A DNA stretch of 64,000 bases from Actinomycetes bacterium (GCA_021851885.1 JAJZBS010000001.1:24491-88490), one strand, 5' to 3'. Counted from the stretch's first letter, positions 28,278 to 37,340 are shown. Notes: generated from the sequence alone by a model not told the origin. Program-made: numbers and translations.

Positions 28278-28945
28278 GAAGGCTTCCGGACCCCGGTCAG
28301 CCGGAGGCTCGCCCGTGCGCGGTAGCGGATGTTCAGGCCGACGAGCACGGCCGTGAACGCCTCGACGGCGCCACACGACGACAGGCTGCCGGCGTCGTAG
28401 GCCCGCAAGCCCGCTATGGACTCGACGAGGGCGACGGTCTCGCCAGTCGCCTCTGCGTTATCGGAGCACACGAGCACGTCGGCGTCCAACTCCTTGCCAA
28501 GGTCGGCGAGGGCGGCGGCGGGGAGGTGGTGGAATGCCCCGGCGACCCGGGCTCCGGGCGTCGCGGCTTGGACCGCTTCGGCGATCGAACCCCGCGGGGG
28601 GATCAGCGCGATCAGCTCGTCTCCAGAACGTGTGAGGGCATTGGCCATCGAGACGACGACCTTACCGGCAAGTCCCTCCCGTAACGCCCCGGCCGTGGCC
28701 GCAGCGGCGTCCCACGGCGTCGCCACGACGACGGTTTGGCAGGCCGCTGCCTCCAGGTTGCCTGCTCCGGCGAGGTGCAACTCGTGGTCGGGCCAGCGCG
28801 ACCGTAAGCCCTCGGCGACGTCCGCCGCCCGTGCGGGATCGCGCGAACCGATGGTCACCTTCATGCCCGACGCGGCAAGGCGCAATGCGAGGCCCCTGCC
28901 CGCTGGACCAGTCCCACCGAGGATCCCGACGTCGCGCGCGCTCAT
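28274..28945 (-). CDS. NADPH-dependent F420 reductase-like / NADP oxidoreductase (NpdG/Fno family)
   Basis: Rossmann N-terminus VGILGGTGPAGRGLALRLAASGMKVTIGSRDP and family length of about 220 aa. Confidence 0.75.
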   Translation of the reverse strand: MSARDVGILGGTGPAGRGLALRLAASGMKVTIGSRDPARAADVAEGLRSRWPDHELHLAGAGNLEAAACQTVVVATPWDAAAATAGALREGLAGKVVVSMANALTRSGDELIALIPPRGSIAEAVQAATPGARVAGAFHHLPAAALADLGKELDADVLVCSDNAEATGETVALVESIAGLRAYDAGSLSSCGAVEAFTAVLVGLNIRYRARASLRLTGVRKPS

Positions 28946-29011
28946 CCCCCTACCCTTGCACAAACAGCTCGCGAAGCTAGGGGTACCGGGCTGCTCCTAT
29001 CGAGAGCGGGC

Positions 29012-29203
29012 TCAGGCTCCCCGCCGGTGCAGCAACGGCCGGCGTCTAGCGGCCTGTGACCGCGATGGCTCCCCGTGCTCAGGGGTCAGCGGCATGCCCG
29101 GCCCACGCAGCTCGGCGCGGCAGTGGCGGCAGAGGCGCTCGTGCACCGCCTCCGTGGAGCCACACCGCTCGCAGACACCGTGGCGCTGCACTCCATGGAA
29201 CAT
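29012..29203 (-). CDS. Hypothetical small zinc-ribbon-like protein (about 63 aa from MFHG; alternative start at 29236)
   Basis: CxxC...CxxC pair (CERCGSTEAVHERLCRHC). Acceptable GC3 in this frame. No homolog recognised. Confidence 0.4.
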   Translation of the reverse strand: MFHGVQRHGVCERCGSTEAVHERLCRHCRAELRGPGMPLTPEHGEPSRSQAARRRPLLHRRGA

Positions 29204-29567
29204 CGCCGACCAACGAAACTCTCTCCTACCTGCCATACGCCATTGTCCGCCCTCCGCGCGCCCTGCGTCGAGAGGCGATGGTCCCCCGTGGCGACCCCGA
29301 GACGGCGCTTCCAGCCGCCCGACGCGTCGATCCGGAAGTCGCGGCCAACTGGCCCGGGCCCGGCCCTTCCGTGCTGGAAAGCCCGTCTACCTTCCTCCTT
29401 GTGCGGACCAGGCCTCTCCGGCCCGGTCACCCAAGTGTGAAGGTGCATCCTTTGACGAGGCTGTGGCCCGCCTTTGCGGATCCCGTGCGTTGCCGGCACC
29501 AGTCCGATGCACCCGTGCCGGGCTGCGTCGTCTCCGGGCCAAGGCTCGCCTCGCCGGGTCGAGGTGT

Positions 29568-30989
29568 CTAGAGGTTCAAGGACTTGGTCTCGAGAAACTC
29601 CTCGAACCCGTACTTACCGTACTCGCGCCCGATGCCGGACTGCTTGTAGCCCCCGAACGGAGCGACGGGGTTGAAACTCCCGCCGTTGACCTCGACCTGG
29701 CCGGTGCGCAGACGGCGGGCGACCGCCTTCGCCCTTTCCTGGTCGCCCGACCAGACGCCGCCCGCCAGGCCGTAGACGGTGTCGTTGGCGATCCGAACCG
29801 CGTCGTCTTCGTCGTCGTAGGGAATGATCGACAGCACCGGCCCGAAGATCTCTTCGCGCGCGATCGTCATCGAGTTGTCGACGTCCGAGAACACGGTGGG
29901 TCGCACGAAGTACCCCTTGTCCAAGCCCTCAGGAGGCTCATCCCCGCCGGTCAGGAGCTTGGCCCCCTCCTCGACGCCTTGACGGATAAAGGCCCGCACG
30001 CGCTCTCGCTGCGCGGCCGACACGAGCGGGCCCATTCTCGTGTCTGGGTCGAAGGGATCCCCCGGGGTGTACGACACCGCCGCGGCGACGGCGATGTCCT
30101 CGACCTCGGCCAGGCGCGAGCGGGGCACCAACATGCGCGTCAGCGCGATGCAGGTCTGACCGGAGTTCAAGAAGCACTTCCCCACCCCGTCGTTGACGGC
30201 GCGGTGGAAATCGGCGTCGTCCAGGATGATGTTCGCCGACTTGCCCCCGAGCTCGAGCGTGACGCGCTTGACCGTCTGGGCGGCGACTTCGGCCACCCTC
30301 TTGCCTGCCCGCGTCGATCCCGTAAAAGTGACCATGTCGACGTCGGGATGAGCGGTGATCGCCTCGCCGACGACAGGTCCGTAGCCCGTCACGAGGTTGA
30401 AGACCCCCGGCGGCAGGCCGACATCGTCGACAACCTCTGCCAGTATGAACACGTTGAGCGGCGTCACCTCGCTCGGCTTGAGCACGAGCGTGCATCCAGC
30501 CGCCAACGCTGGAGCGACCTTGGCGGCGATCTGGTGGAGCGGGTAGTTCCACGGCGTGATCGCGCCGACGACTCCGACCGGCTCCCGCACGACCAGGCTG
30601 TTGCCGATCTGCTCTTCGAACGGGAACTCGCCGACGACTTGCGCCGTCGTCGCGAAGTCGGCGATGGGAAGGCCGACCTGGATCAAGTTGGAGAGGTTGA
30701 TCGGCATCCCGAGCTCTCCGGCGATGAGGTTCCCGAGTTCCGCCATGCGCGCTCCCAGTCCCTCCTGGATGCGCGTCAAGTACTTGGCTCGCTCATCCGG
30801 CGACGTCGCCGCCCAACCGTCGAATGCCGCCTTGGCTGCGGTGACCGCACGATTGACGTCCTCGTGGGTCCCCTCGGGGATCGTGCCCATCACCTCTTCT
30901 GTGGTGGCGTTGGTCACCTCGATCGTGCCCGTGCCCGCCGGAGCCACCCACGCGCCGTCGATGTAGAGCTTGTCGCGAACCTCCATCAC
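29568..30989 (-). CDS. NAD(P)-dependent aldehyde dehydrogenase
   Basis: ITPWNYPL, catalytic Glu in [11 protein letters not shown], catalytic Cys in [26 protein letters not shown] lies 6 nt upstream of the ATG. Confidence 0.93.
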   Translation of the reverse strand: MMEVRDKLYIDGAWVAPAGTGTIEVTNATTEEVMGTIPEGTHEDVNRAVTAAKAAFDGWAATSPDERAKYLTRIQEGLGARMAELGNLIAGELGMPINLSNLIQVGLPIADFATTAQVVGEFPFEEQIGNSLVVREPVGVVGAITPWNYPLHQIAAKVAPALAAGCTLVLKPSEVTPLNVFILAEVVDDVGLPPGVFNLVTGYGPVVGEAITAHPDVDMVTFTGSTRAGKRVAEVAAQTVKRVTLELGGKSANIILDDADFHRAVNDGVGKCFLNSGQTCIALTRMLVPRSRLAEVEDIAVAAAVSYTPGDPFDPDTRMGPLVSAAQRERVRAFIRQGVEEGAKLLTGGDEPPEGLDKGYFVRPTVFSDVDNSMTIAREEIFGPVLSIIPYDDEDDAVRIANDTVYGLAGGVWSGDQERAKAVARRLRTGQVEVNGGSFNPVAPFGGYKQSGIGREYGKYGFEEFLETKSLNL

Positions 30990-31131
30990 TGCCTCCTGCG
31001 TTCTCCCCGTACTGCCCCGCCCATCCTAGGTGGGAGCCCGCCCGTCGTCACCGGGGAAATGCGCGGGATCCGGCCGGACCTGCCGGGCGCGCCCGCAGGC
31101 GCCCCCCCCTCGTCGTGGCCGCCTCGATCGC

Positions 31132-32091
31132 TCAGTCTTCGACGTCGGCTGTCGAGACGGTGAGGACGATCTTGCCGAGCTTGCCGCCCGCAGCGAAGCG
31201 CCGGTAGGCCTCGTTCGCTGCCTCCAGCGGGAACACGGCGAACACCGGGACACGGACGCGGCCGGATGCGACCATCGGCACGACTCTGGCTTCGAGCTCG
31301 CGCGCAAGGAGAGCCTTCTCTTCGATCGAGCGCGCGCGCAACGTGGAGCCGCGCACCACGGCTCGGCGCTCCATCAGCTGGCGCAGGTCCAGGTCGACGC
31401 GCGCACCGGACGCGATCCCGATCACGCAGATCCGCCCACCATTTGCCAGGGCCGCAAGGTCTCCCGCGATGTTCGAGCCGCCGACGAGCTCGACGACGAC
31501 GTCGAACGGTGCCCGGGCGCCGTAGGCGTCAGGTGCAACGGCGTCGGCCCCTATCTCTTCGAGCGCGGGCCGAAGGAGCTGGTCCCGCACCGTCGCCGTC
31601 ACCCGCGCCCCGGCGGCCACACCGAGCTGGACAGCGGCGAGACCGACCCCGCCGGCAGCGCCCTGCACGAGGAGACGTTCTCCCGCGCCCAGGCCGGCCT
31701 GGACAAAGAGCGCGTCGTACGCGGTGGCGAAGGCTTCGGGGAACCCTCCCGCCTCCACCCACCGCATCCCGGCAGGAACGGGCATGGCGAGACGTTCATG
31801 GACGGTGACGAGCTCCGCTTGAGCCGCACCGGCGACGAGTCCCATCACACGAGCCCCCACCTGAAAACGGCTGACGGCGCTGCCGACCGCGACGACCTCT
31901 CCGGCGTACTCGAGTCCCGGCAGGTCGACAGGGACCCCCGGTGGCGGCGCATACAGCCCTTGCGCCTGAAGGAGATCCGCGCCGTTGAGGCCCGCAGCGC
32001 GCACTTCGACCAGGATCTGCTCGTCGCCGAGCAGAGGGTCCGGGCGCTCGGCGACGCTCACCTCTGCATTGTCGATGACGACGGCCCGCAC
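31132..32091 (-). CDS. NADPH:quinone oxidoreductase / zeta-crystallin-like MDR family
   Basis: VRAAGLNGADLLQAQGLY, GLEYAGEVVAVG, cofactor loop VQGAAGGVGLAAVQL. Start trimmed to the GTG at 32091. The upstream part of the 505-aa track ORF is junk. Confidence 0.88.
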   Translation of the reverse strand: MRAVVIDNAEVSVAERPDPLLGDEQILVEVRAAGLNGADLLQAQGLYAPPPGVPVDLPGLEYAGEVVAVGSAVSRFQVGARVMGLVAGAAQAELVTVHERLAMPVPAGMRWVEAGGFPEAFATAYDALFVQAGLGAGERLLVQGAAGGVGLAAVQLGVAAGARVTATVRDQLLRPALEEIGADAVAPDAYGARAPFDVVVELVGGSNIAGDLAALANGGRICVIGIASGARVDLDLRQLMERRAVVRGSTLRARSIEEKALLARELEARVVPMVASGRVRVPVFAVFPLEAANEAYRRFAAGGKLGKIVLTVSTADVED

Positions 32092-32259
32092 GTCGAGAAG
32101 GGTACCCTGGGCGCCGTGCCCACCCGGTGGCCCCCCATGCCGACGCCGGCACCGCCAAGCGCGGGCTCGCCTCCGCCCGCCACAGCCTTCGCACCTCCCG
32201 AGCATCCGGAGGCCGACGCGCACGCACGTGCAACACACGCTGTGGCGCCATCGCCGTCG

Positions 32260-32655
32260 ATGTGGCTCACCAACCGGGCGATCGCCGCGCACGTTGCCGT
32301 CGTCATCCTCGTTCCCGGCTTCCTCGCCCTGGGCTGGTGGCAGGTGAACCGGGCAGAGTCGGGCAACGCGCTCAGCTACGTGTATGCCGTCGAGTGGCCC
32401 CTGCTCGCCGGGTACGCGGTGTTCATGTGGTGGCGGATCGTCCACGACCACCTCGAGTTGCCCGTACCGGGCTCCGTGGCCCCGGGCGGCGTCGATACGA
32501 CACGAACACGGCGGCCGGATCCTCCCGGGACAGTGGTCGATCCGCGCGCCGTCCTCGCCGGCGGCGACGGCGACGGCGACGACGATGCCGAGCTCGCCGA
32601 ATACAACAGGTACCTCGCCGCCCTTCACGCGAGCGGAAGGCGTAAGCACTGGTGA
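32260..32655 (+). CDS. Hypothetical two-TM membrane protein (131 aa) with an acidic linker and C-terminal AEYNRYLAAL motif
   Basis: Internal ATG at 32260 of the 541-aa track ORF. Two hydrophobic helices. High GC3. The stop overlaps the next gene's GTG (GTGA). Confidence 0.65.
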   Translation: MWLTNRAIAAHVAVVILVPGFLALGWWQVNRAESGNALSYVYAVEWPLLAGYAVFMWWRIVHDHLELPVPGSVAPGGVDTTRTRRPDPPGTVVDPRAVLAGGDGDGDDDAELAEYNRYLAALHASGRRKHW

Positions 32656-33050
32656 GCTCTACGCAGGCTGGCAAACCGGCGTCGACGCCGGGCGCCCCCT
32701 CTCCCGGCGGCAACGTGCGCACACCAGGCCTCGGCCTACCCGGCACGCCCCTCTCGCGCTACCGGGTCATGGCCTACATTGTCGGCGTCGCCCTCATCGT
32801 CCTCGTCTTCGCGGGAGTGCCACTCCAGCTTGGCGCGGGCCAGCCGGGCCTCGTCAACGCCCTCGGCCCCATCCACGGCCTGTTCTACATCGTCTATCTC
32901 GCCACGGGCCTCGAGCTCGCCTTCAAGGAGCGCTGGAAGCTGGGGCGCATCACTGCAGTCGTCTTTGCAGGGTTTGTGCCCTTCCTCGCCTTCGTCGTCG
33001 AACGCCGCGTCACCCGAGACCGGCAGATTGGCGAGACCTCGCTTCGCTGA
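32652..33050 (+). CDS. DUF3817-like integral membrane protein
   Basis: RYRVMAYIVGVALIVLVF, GPIHGLFYIVYL, AGFVPFLAF. This pattern matches DUF3817 as I recall it. Confidence 0.7.
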   Translation: MSSTQAGKPASTPGAPSPGGNVRTPGLGLPGTPLSRYRVMAYIVGVALIVLVFAGVPLQLGAGQPGLVNALGPIHGLFYIVYLATGLELAFKERWKLGRITAVVFAGFVPFLAFVVERRVTRDRQIGETSLR

Positions 33051-33122
33051 GGTGCGCCGAACCGCCGCAGACGGGGTGCCGGGCGGTGGCACGCGACCGG
33101 CGACGCCGCCCGCCAGGGACTG

Positions 33123-34415
33123 TCAACCGCCGGCCCCGGGGGCATCCTGCGAGAGTGCCTGATCCGTTAACTCTCGTGGAACTTCCCGCCTGGCAATGAC
33201 GTGGACGTCGATCCCTGCTTCGCCGGCATCGCGGATGATGCGGCGTACGACGGAGCCACCTCCCGTCAACTCGCGCCAGCGGCTCCGGCGGCTCGACCCA
33301 ATGACGAGCTGGGTCACGTGGTGTTCGCGGGCGAACGCGATCAGGGCGGCGCCTGGCTTCCCTGCCGGCAGGTCGTGCCAGCGCGCAGCCATGTCGTCCG
33401 CGAGCCGGCGAAGGTCGGCGATGGCATGCGCCGCGCCCGGGCTTTCGGCGTCGACCGGGGCGACGAAGACGACGTCCACGTCGGCCTTCACCCGCGCGGC
33501 CAGACGGCAGGCTCGCCGCAGCAGGATGTCCGTCCCGGGGGCACCGGTCACCCCGACCATGATGCGTTCGGTCGTCTCCCAGACGGTATCAGTCCTGCTC
33601 CGGTCCAGGTGTTCGAGGAGCTCCTCTTCGGTCTCGTCGGCGACGAATCGCAGGGCAAGTTCGCGCAGCGCCGTGAGGTTGTCGGTGCGGAAGAAGTGGG
33701 TAAGAGCCTGCGCGACTTTGTCTTGCGGGTAGATGTTGCCGTGGAGCATGCGCCGGCGGAGCTGCTCCGGGGACGAGTCGACGAGCTCGATCTGGTTCGC
33801 CTCGCGCACGATTCGATCGGGAACGCGTTCACGCACCTTGACACCGGTCATCTCTTCCACGGCATCGGCGATGCTCTCCAAGTGCTGGATGTTCACAGTC
33901 GTGATGACGTCGATCCCTGCAGCAAGGATCTCCTTCACATCCTGCCAGCGCTTCTCGTTGCGCCCTGAGCCCGGTACGTTCGTGTGGGCGAGCTCGTCGA
34001 CCAAGGCAATCTGCGGTTTGCGCCGGATCACGGCGTCGACATCCATCTCATCGAGCTCCGTACCCCGGTAGTCGACCCGGCGCCGCGGCACGGCCTCGAG
34101 TCCGACCGCCTGGTCCTGGGTCAGACGGCGCCCGTGAGCCTCCACGAAGCCGATCACAACGTCGGCCCCTCGTTGCACGCGCCGGCGCCCTTCGTTCAGC
34201 ATCGCGTACGTCTTGCCCACACCGGCCGCGGCACCGAGGTACACGCGAAAATGCCCCGCCGGCTCCACGATGTCGCTCGCGTCGGAGGGGCCAGGCGCGC
34301 CCGGTGGGATATCGGCGGGGGTGGGGCCATGGCCGCGCACCGCATCGACGGCCGTCGGCTTGCCCGACCCTCCGCTGTCCGCGGTGCCCCTTTCGTCTTC
34401 CCTCTCCTGCGTCAT
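33123..34415 (-). CDS. kdpD: Stand-alone KdpD N-terminal sensor domain plus USP domain protein, with no TM or kinase part
   Basis: YLGAAAGVGKTYAML (Walker-A-like), VDELAHTN, TTVNIQHLES, LTALRELALR, then a USP-like domain (IMVGVTGAPG ... LVIGSSRRSRW). ATG at 34415, 13 nt after the kdpE stop. Confidence 0.85.
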   Translation of the reverse strand: MTQEREDERGTADSGGSGKPTAVDAVRGHGPTPADIPPGAPGPSDASDIVEPAGHFRVYLGAAAGVGKTYAMLNEGRRRVQRGADVVIGFVEAHGRRLTQDQAVGLEAVPRRRVDYRGTELDEMDVDAVIRRKPQIALVDELAHTNVPGSGRNEKRWQDVKEILAAGIDVITTVNIQHLESIADAVEEMTGVKVRERVPDRIVREANQIELVDSSPEQLRRRMLHGNIYPQDKVAQALTHFFRTDNLTALRELALRFVADETEEELLEHLDRSRTDTVWETTERIMVGVTGAPGTDILLRRACRLAARVKADVDVVFVAPVDAESPGAAHAIADLRRLADDMAARWHDLPAGKPGAALIAFAREHHVTQLVIGSSRRSRWRELTGGGSVVRRIIRDAGEAGIDVHVIARREVPRELTDQALSQDAPGAGG

Positions 34416-34428
34416 GCTCGTCTCATCT

Positions 34429-35145
34429 TCAATCGTCGGCCTGTTCGCCCGGTGGGCCGCCGGCACTGAGGGCATACCCGATGCCCCGCGCCGTGCGGAT
34501 GAGCGTCCCGTCTACGTCATCCAGCTTGCGGCGCAGGCGGTTCACGTAGACGTGGAGGTACTGCGGCTCCGCCCCGTAGCCGGGCCCCCAGACCGCACCG
34601 AGGAGCATCTGGTGGGTGCAGGTCTTCCCGCGATGACGCACCAGGTAGCAGAGAAGATCGAACTCCCGCGACGTCAGGTGGACGAGCCGGCCGTTCAGGC
34701 GCACCTCTCGGTGCACGAGATCCACCTCGAGGCGCCCCAGTGCGATGGTCGCACCCTCGGGTAACGGCGTTGCGCCGCCCGCGGCGCGCCGCAGTGCGGT
34801 CCGCACACGCGCTGCAAGCTCCGCCATCCCGAAGGGCTTGGTCACGTAGTCGTCGGCCCCGGCGTCGAGTGCGCGGACCTTGCGTTGCTCCTCGCCAGCA
34901 GCGGACAGGACGATGATCGGAACGTTGCTCCAGGCCCGGATCCTCCGGCAGACCTCCATGCCGTCGATATCGGGCAGACCGAGATCGAGCACGACGACGT
35001 CCGGCGAACGGCGGACCGCTTGGGCAATACCCTCGTTGCCGTTGTGTGCGGTCACGACGTCGAATCCACTGGCGGCAAGGCCGACGCGTAGTGCCCGCAG
35101 GAGTGCCGTGTCGTCGTCGACGACGAGGATCGTCGCGCGCGCCAT
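34429..35145 (-). CDS. kdpE: OmpR-family response regulator KdpE
   Basis: Receiver domain (ILVVDDD, phospho-Asp in VVVLDLGLPDIDG, KP in VTKPFG) and winged-helix domain (LTSREFDLLCYLVRHRGKTCTHQMLL, GYG). The ATG abuts the TAG of the upstream kinase gene. Confidence 0.92.
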   Translation of the reverse strand: MARATILVVDDDTALLRALRVGLAASGFDVVTAHNGNEGIAQAVRRSPDVVVLDLGLPDIDGMEVCRRIRAWSNVPIIVLSAAGEEQRKVRALDAGADDYVTKPFGMAELAARVRTALRRAAGGATPLPEGATIALGRLEVDLVHREVRLNGRLVHLTSREFDLLCYLVRHRGKTCTHQMLLGAVWGPGYGAEPQYLHVYVNRLRRKLDDVDGTLIRTARGIGYALSAGGPPGEQADD

Positions 35146-36654
35146 CTACGGCACCGCTGCTTCGGCGGAAGTCACCGGGAGCGTGAATACGAAACGTGCT
35201 CCCCCTCCGCTCGCCTCTTCGACCCAGATCCGGCCGTTGTGCGCCTCCACGAACGCTTTCGCAAGCGCGAGGCCAAGGCCCGCCCGGCCGCCAGTGTCGA
35301 AACCGACGAAGCTCTCGAAGACCGAACGTCGTTCATGTTGCGGAATGCCGGACCCTCTGTCGGTCACCGAGATCTCGATCACACCAGGACCCCCGGGGGC
35401 AGCGGCAACGGCGATTGGCGTCCCGTCCGGGGCATGGCGTTGTGCATTGTCGAGAAGGTTCGCGAGGACCTGGCGAACGAGGACGGGGTCAGCGTCGACA
35501 TCCGCCAGCCCTGGCGCGACCTCGACGTCGATGCGGTGCGTACCGTGGTGCCGCATGGTGTCCACGGTGGCCCGGAGGAGATCCCCCGCCTTGCACCGCT
35601 CCTTGGTGACCGATAGGACGCCCGCTTCAAGTCGGCTCATATCGAGAAGGCTGGACACGAGCCTGCTCAGCCTGTCCGCTTCGACATCAATCAGCTCGAA
35701 AAGCTCCCGGGTATCGCTGTCGCCCAGCCGGTGACCTTCTTCGATCAACGTCGTCGCTGCGACTTTGATCGTTGCGAGAGGAGTGCGCAGGTCGTGAGAG
35801 ACGGCTCCGACGAGCCCCTGGCGCAATCGGTCCACCTCCTCGAGGACCTCGGTGCGCAACGCGCGCTCGCGCAGCTGGGCGCGTTCGAGGGCGACAGCCG
35901 CCTGGTTGGCGATCGTCAGCAGCAACTCGCGCCACGCGGGCTCGGTGGACACGCCGGAGATCGCCAGCAGCCCGACAGGCGGACCGGATGCACACAAAGC
36001 GAGGATGTGCACGGCTTGTCCCGGCCCCCCCGTGCTCAAGTGGACGGGCACCTGCGGGGAGCGGCGCACCCGTGCCAGCTCGTCGTCGGCGATCGGCTCT
36101 CCGGCGCGGGCAAGGACGTCGAGGCCCCCTTCAGCGGGGACCATGAGGACGACACCGGAGAAGCCGAAGTTCCGTCGGATCGCCGTGACGATGGTCGATC
36201 CGACGTCCGCCAGCGTTCGTTCGACGGCGAACAGCTCCGAGACCTCGAACAGGCGGCGGGCATTTGCCTCCTTCACGGCGAGCGCCGCTCGCGTCTTCTC
36301 CAGCTTGGCGACCAGACGCGCGACGAGAACCATGACGACGACGTAGACGCCCAGGGCAATCCAGTTCTGAGCTGCCCCGACCCGTAATGTCCCGTACGGC
36401 GGGATGAAGAAGATGTCGTAGACGAGGAACCCTGAGCCGACACTGACGAGACCCGCCGCAAAGCCTCCGATATACGCACCCGCCGTGACAGGGACGACGA
36501 GGACGAGTGCACTGGTCGCGACGTCCAGGTGCGCTCGGATCGGGAGCAATGCCGCTCCGAGGACAGCGGACAGCACGACACCGACAACCGAGCCGCTCCA
36601 GGCCGTGCGCACCCGGTCATTCTCCCACGCCCTTCCTCGGTGTCCGCTGGTCAC
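35146..36654 (-). CDS. kdpD: KdpD C-terminal half: DUF4118-type 4-TM block, GAF-like domain, HisKA and HATPase_c histidine kinase
   Basis: H-box AVSHDLRTPLATI, N/G boxes (LLDNAQRHAP, DRGSGIP, GLGLALAKAF). Start placed at the GTG at 36654, overlapping the kdpC stop (GTGA). The alternative GTG at 36612 is also possible. The upstream 200 aa of the track ORF overlap kdpC in another frame. Confidence 0.88.
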   Translation of the reverse strand: MTSGHRGRAWENDRVRTAWSGSVVGVVLSAVLGAALLPIRAHLDVATSALVLVVPVTAGAYIGGFAAGLVSVGSGFLVYDIFFIPPYGTLRVGAAQNWIALGVYVVVMVLVARLVAKLEKTRAALAVKEANARRLFEVSELFAVERTLADVGSTIVTAIRRNFGFSGVVLMVPAEGGLDVLARAGEPIADDELARVRRSPQVPVHLSTGGPGQAVHILALCASGPPVGLLAISGVSTEPAWRELLLTIANQAAVALERAQLRERALRTEVLEEVDRLRQGLVGAVSHDLRTPLATIKVAATTLIEEGHRLGDSDTRELFELIDVEADRLSRLVSSLLDMSRLEAGVLSVTKERCKAGDLLRATVDTMRHHGTHRIDVEVAPGLADVDADPVLVRQVLANLLDNAQRHAPDGTPIAVAAAPGGPGVIEISVTDRGSGIPQHERRSVFESFVGFDTGGRAGLGLALAKAFVEAHNGRIWVEEASGGGARFVFTLPVTSAEAAVP

Positions 36655-37235
36655 CGCCCGGAGGCAGCCCCCCTGTGCGTGGCCCTTTCGAGACGCACGA
36701 GTGCCCGGTTGAGGTCGAGGACATTGACGTAGGGAGCTCCGAGGAAACCGAGCTGCTTCGCACGCACCTGTGAGGCCACCAGGCGGCGGACCGCGGCGAT
36801 CGGAAGCCCGTTCGCGCGAGCGACGGCAGCAACTTGGGCATCGGCGGAACGCGGGCTGATGTCGGGATCGACCAGGCTCGCCGAGTTCGTCACCAGGTCG
36901 TTCGTCGGCGTGATGCCCTCTTTGCGGAGACGCGCCGCCCGCTCGGCGACGAGCTTCTCGAGCTCCTTCGAGCGCGGCCCGAGCTGCTCGGTTCCCGAGA
37001 CGACGACCTGGCCCGGCTTGTTCGTCAGGACGCTCGCATCCGGCCGCCCCTGGAAGAAGCGGGGCGACGGCCAGGACTGGCCGATGAGCGTCGAGCCGTC
37101 GGCGGTCAAGGATCCGTTTGCCTGGTGCTTGAAGAGGAGCTGTGCGACGCCCGTACCCGCGAGCGGGTAGACGAAACCCAACAGAAATAAGAAGCCGAGC
37201 GCCAAGACCACCGCCCGGCGTAGGTGCGCGGTCAT
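36651..37235 (-). CDS. kdpC: Potassium-transporting ATPase subunit KdpC
   Basis: N-terminal TM (RRAVVLALGFLFLLGFVYPLAG), FQGRPDAS, SGTEQLGP, and an SASLVDPDISP-like motif. Confidence 0.9.
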   Translation of the reverse strand: MTAHLRRAVVLALGFLFLLGFVYPLAGTGVAQLLFKHQANGSLTADGSTLIGQSWPSPRFFQGRPDASVLTNKPGQVVVSGTEQLGPRSKELEKLVAERAARLRKEGITPTNDLVTNSASLVDPDISPRSADAQVAAVARANGLPIAAVRRLVASQVRAKQLGFLGAPYVNVLDLNRALVRLERATHRGAASGR

Positions 37236-37340
37236 CGGGCTTCCCTTGCGGCACCGGCCGCTTGGGATCCGCGGAGCGGCTCGCCCATTCGGGCGGGCGA
37301 GCCCCAAGGAGCCGGATCGATACAGGCAGAGGTCATGGGA

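Noticed and set aside
29380-29420. RNase P / SRP RNA-like motifs (GGAGGAAGG..GGGC, CCUGGUCCG) in the ALDH-downstream spacer
   Set aside because: These are only loose resemblances to the GAGGAAAGUCCGGGC or SRP domain IV consensus, and I could not build the surrounding conserved helices by eye. The spacer is kept only as an unassigned region.
28416-31163. A 915-aa plus-strand ORF spanning three minus-strand genes and two intergenic gaps
   Set aside because: Its composition is Ala/Arg/Ser/Pro-rich with no motifs. It lies antisense to the reductase and ALDH genes, which have clear family motifs, in the frame that shares codon position 3. That is the classic GC-driven shadow ORF.
36655-37254. Long N-terminal extensions proposed by the ORF track. 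Examples: kinase ORF to 37254, hisS to 5975, rel to 8239, tgt to 13000, queA to 13710, thrS to 27255, HIT ORF to 26155, QOR ORF to 32649, yajC ORF to 11715.
   Set aside because: The extensions overlap the upstream gene in another frame and are Arg/Pro/Gly junk. Conserved N-termini begin at internal GTG/ATG codons that sit exactly at the upstream stop.
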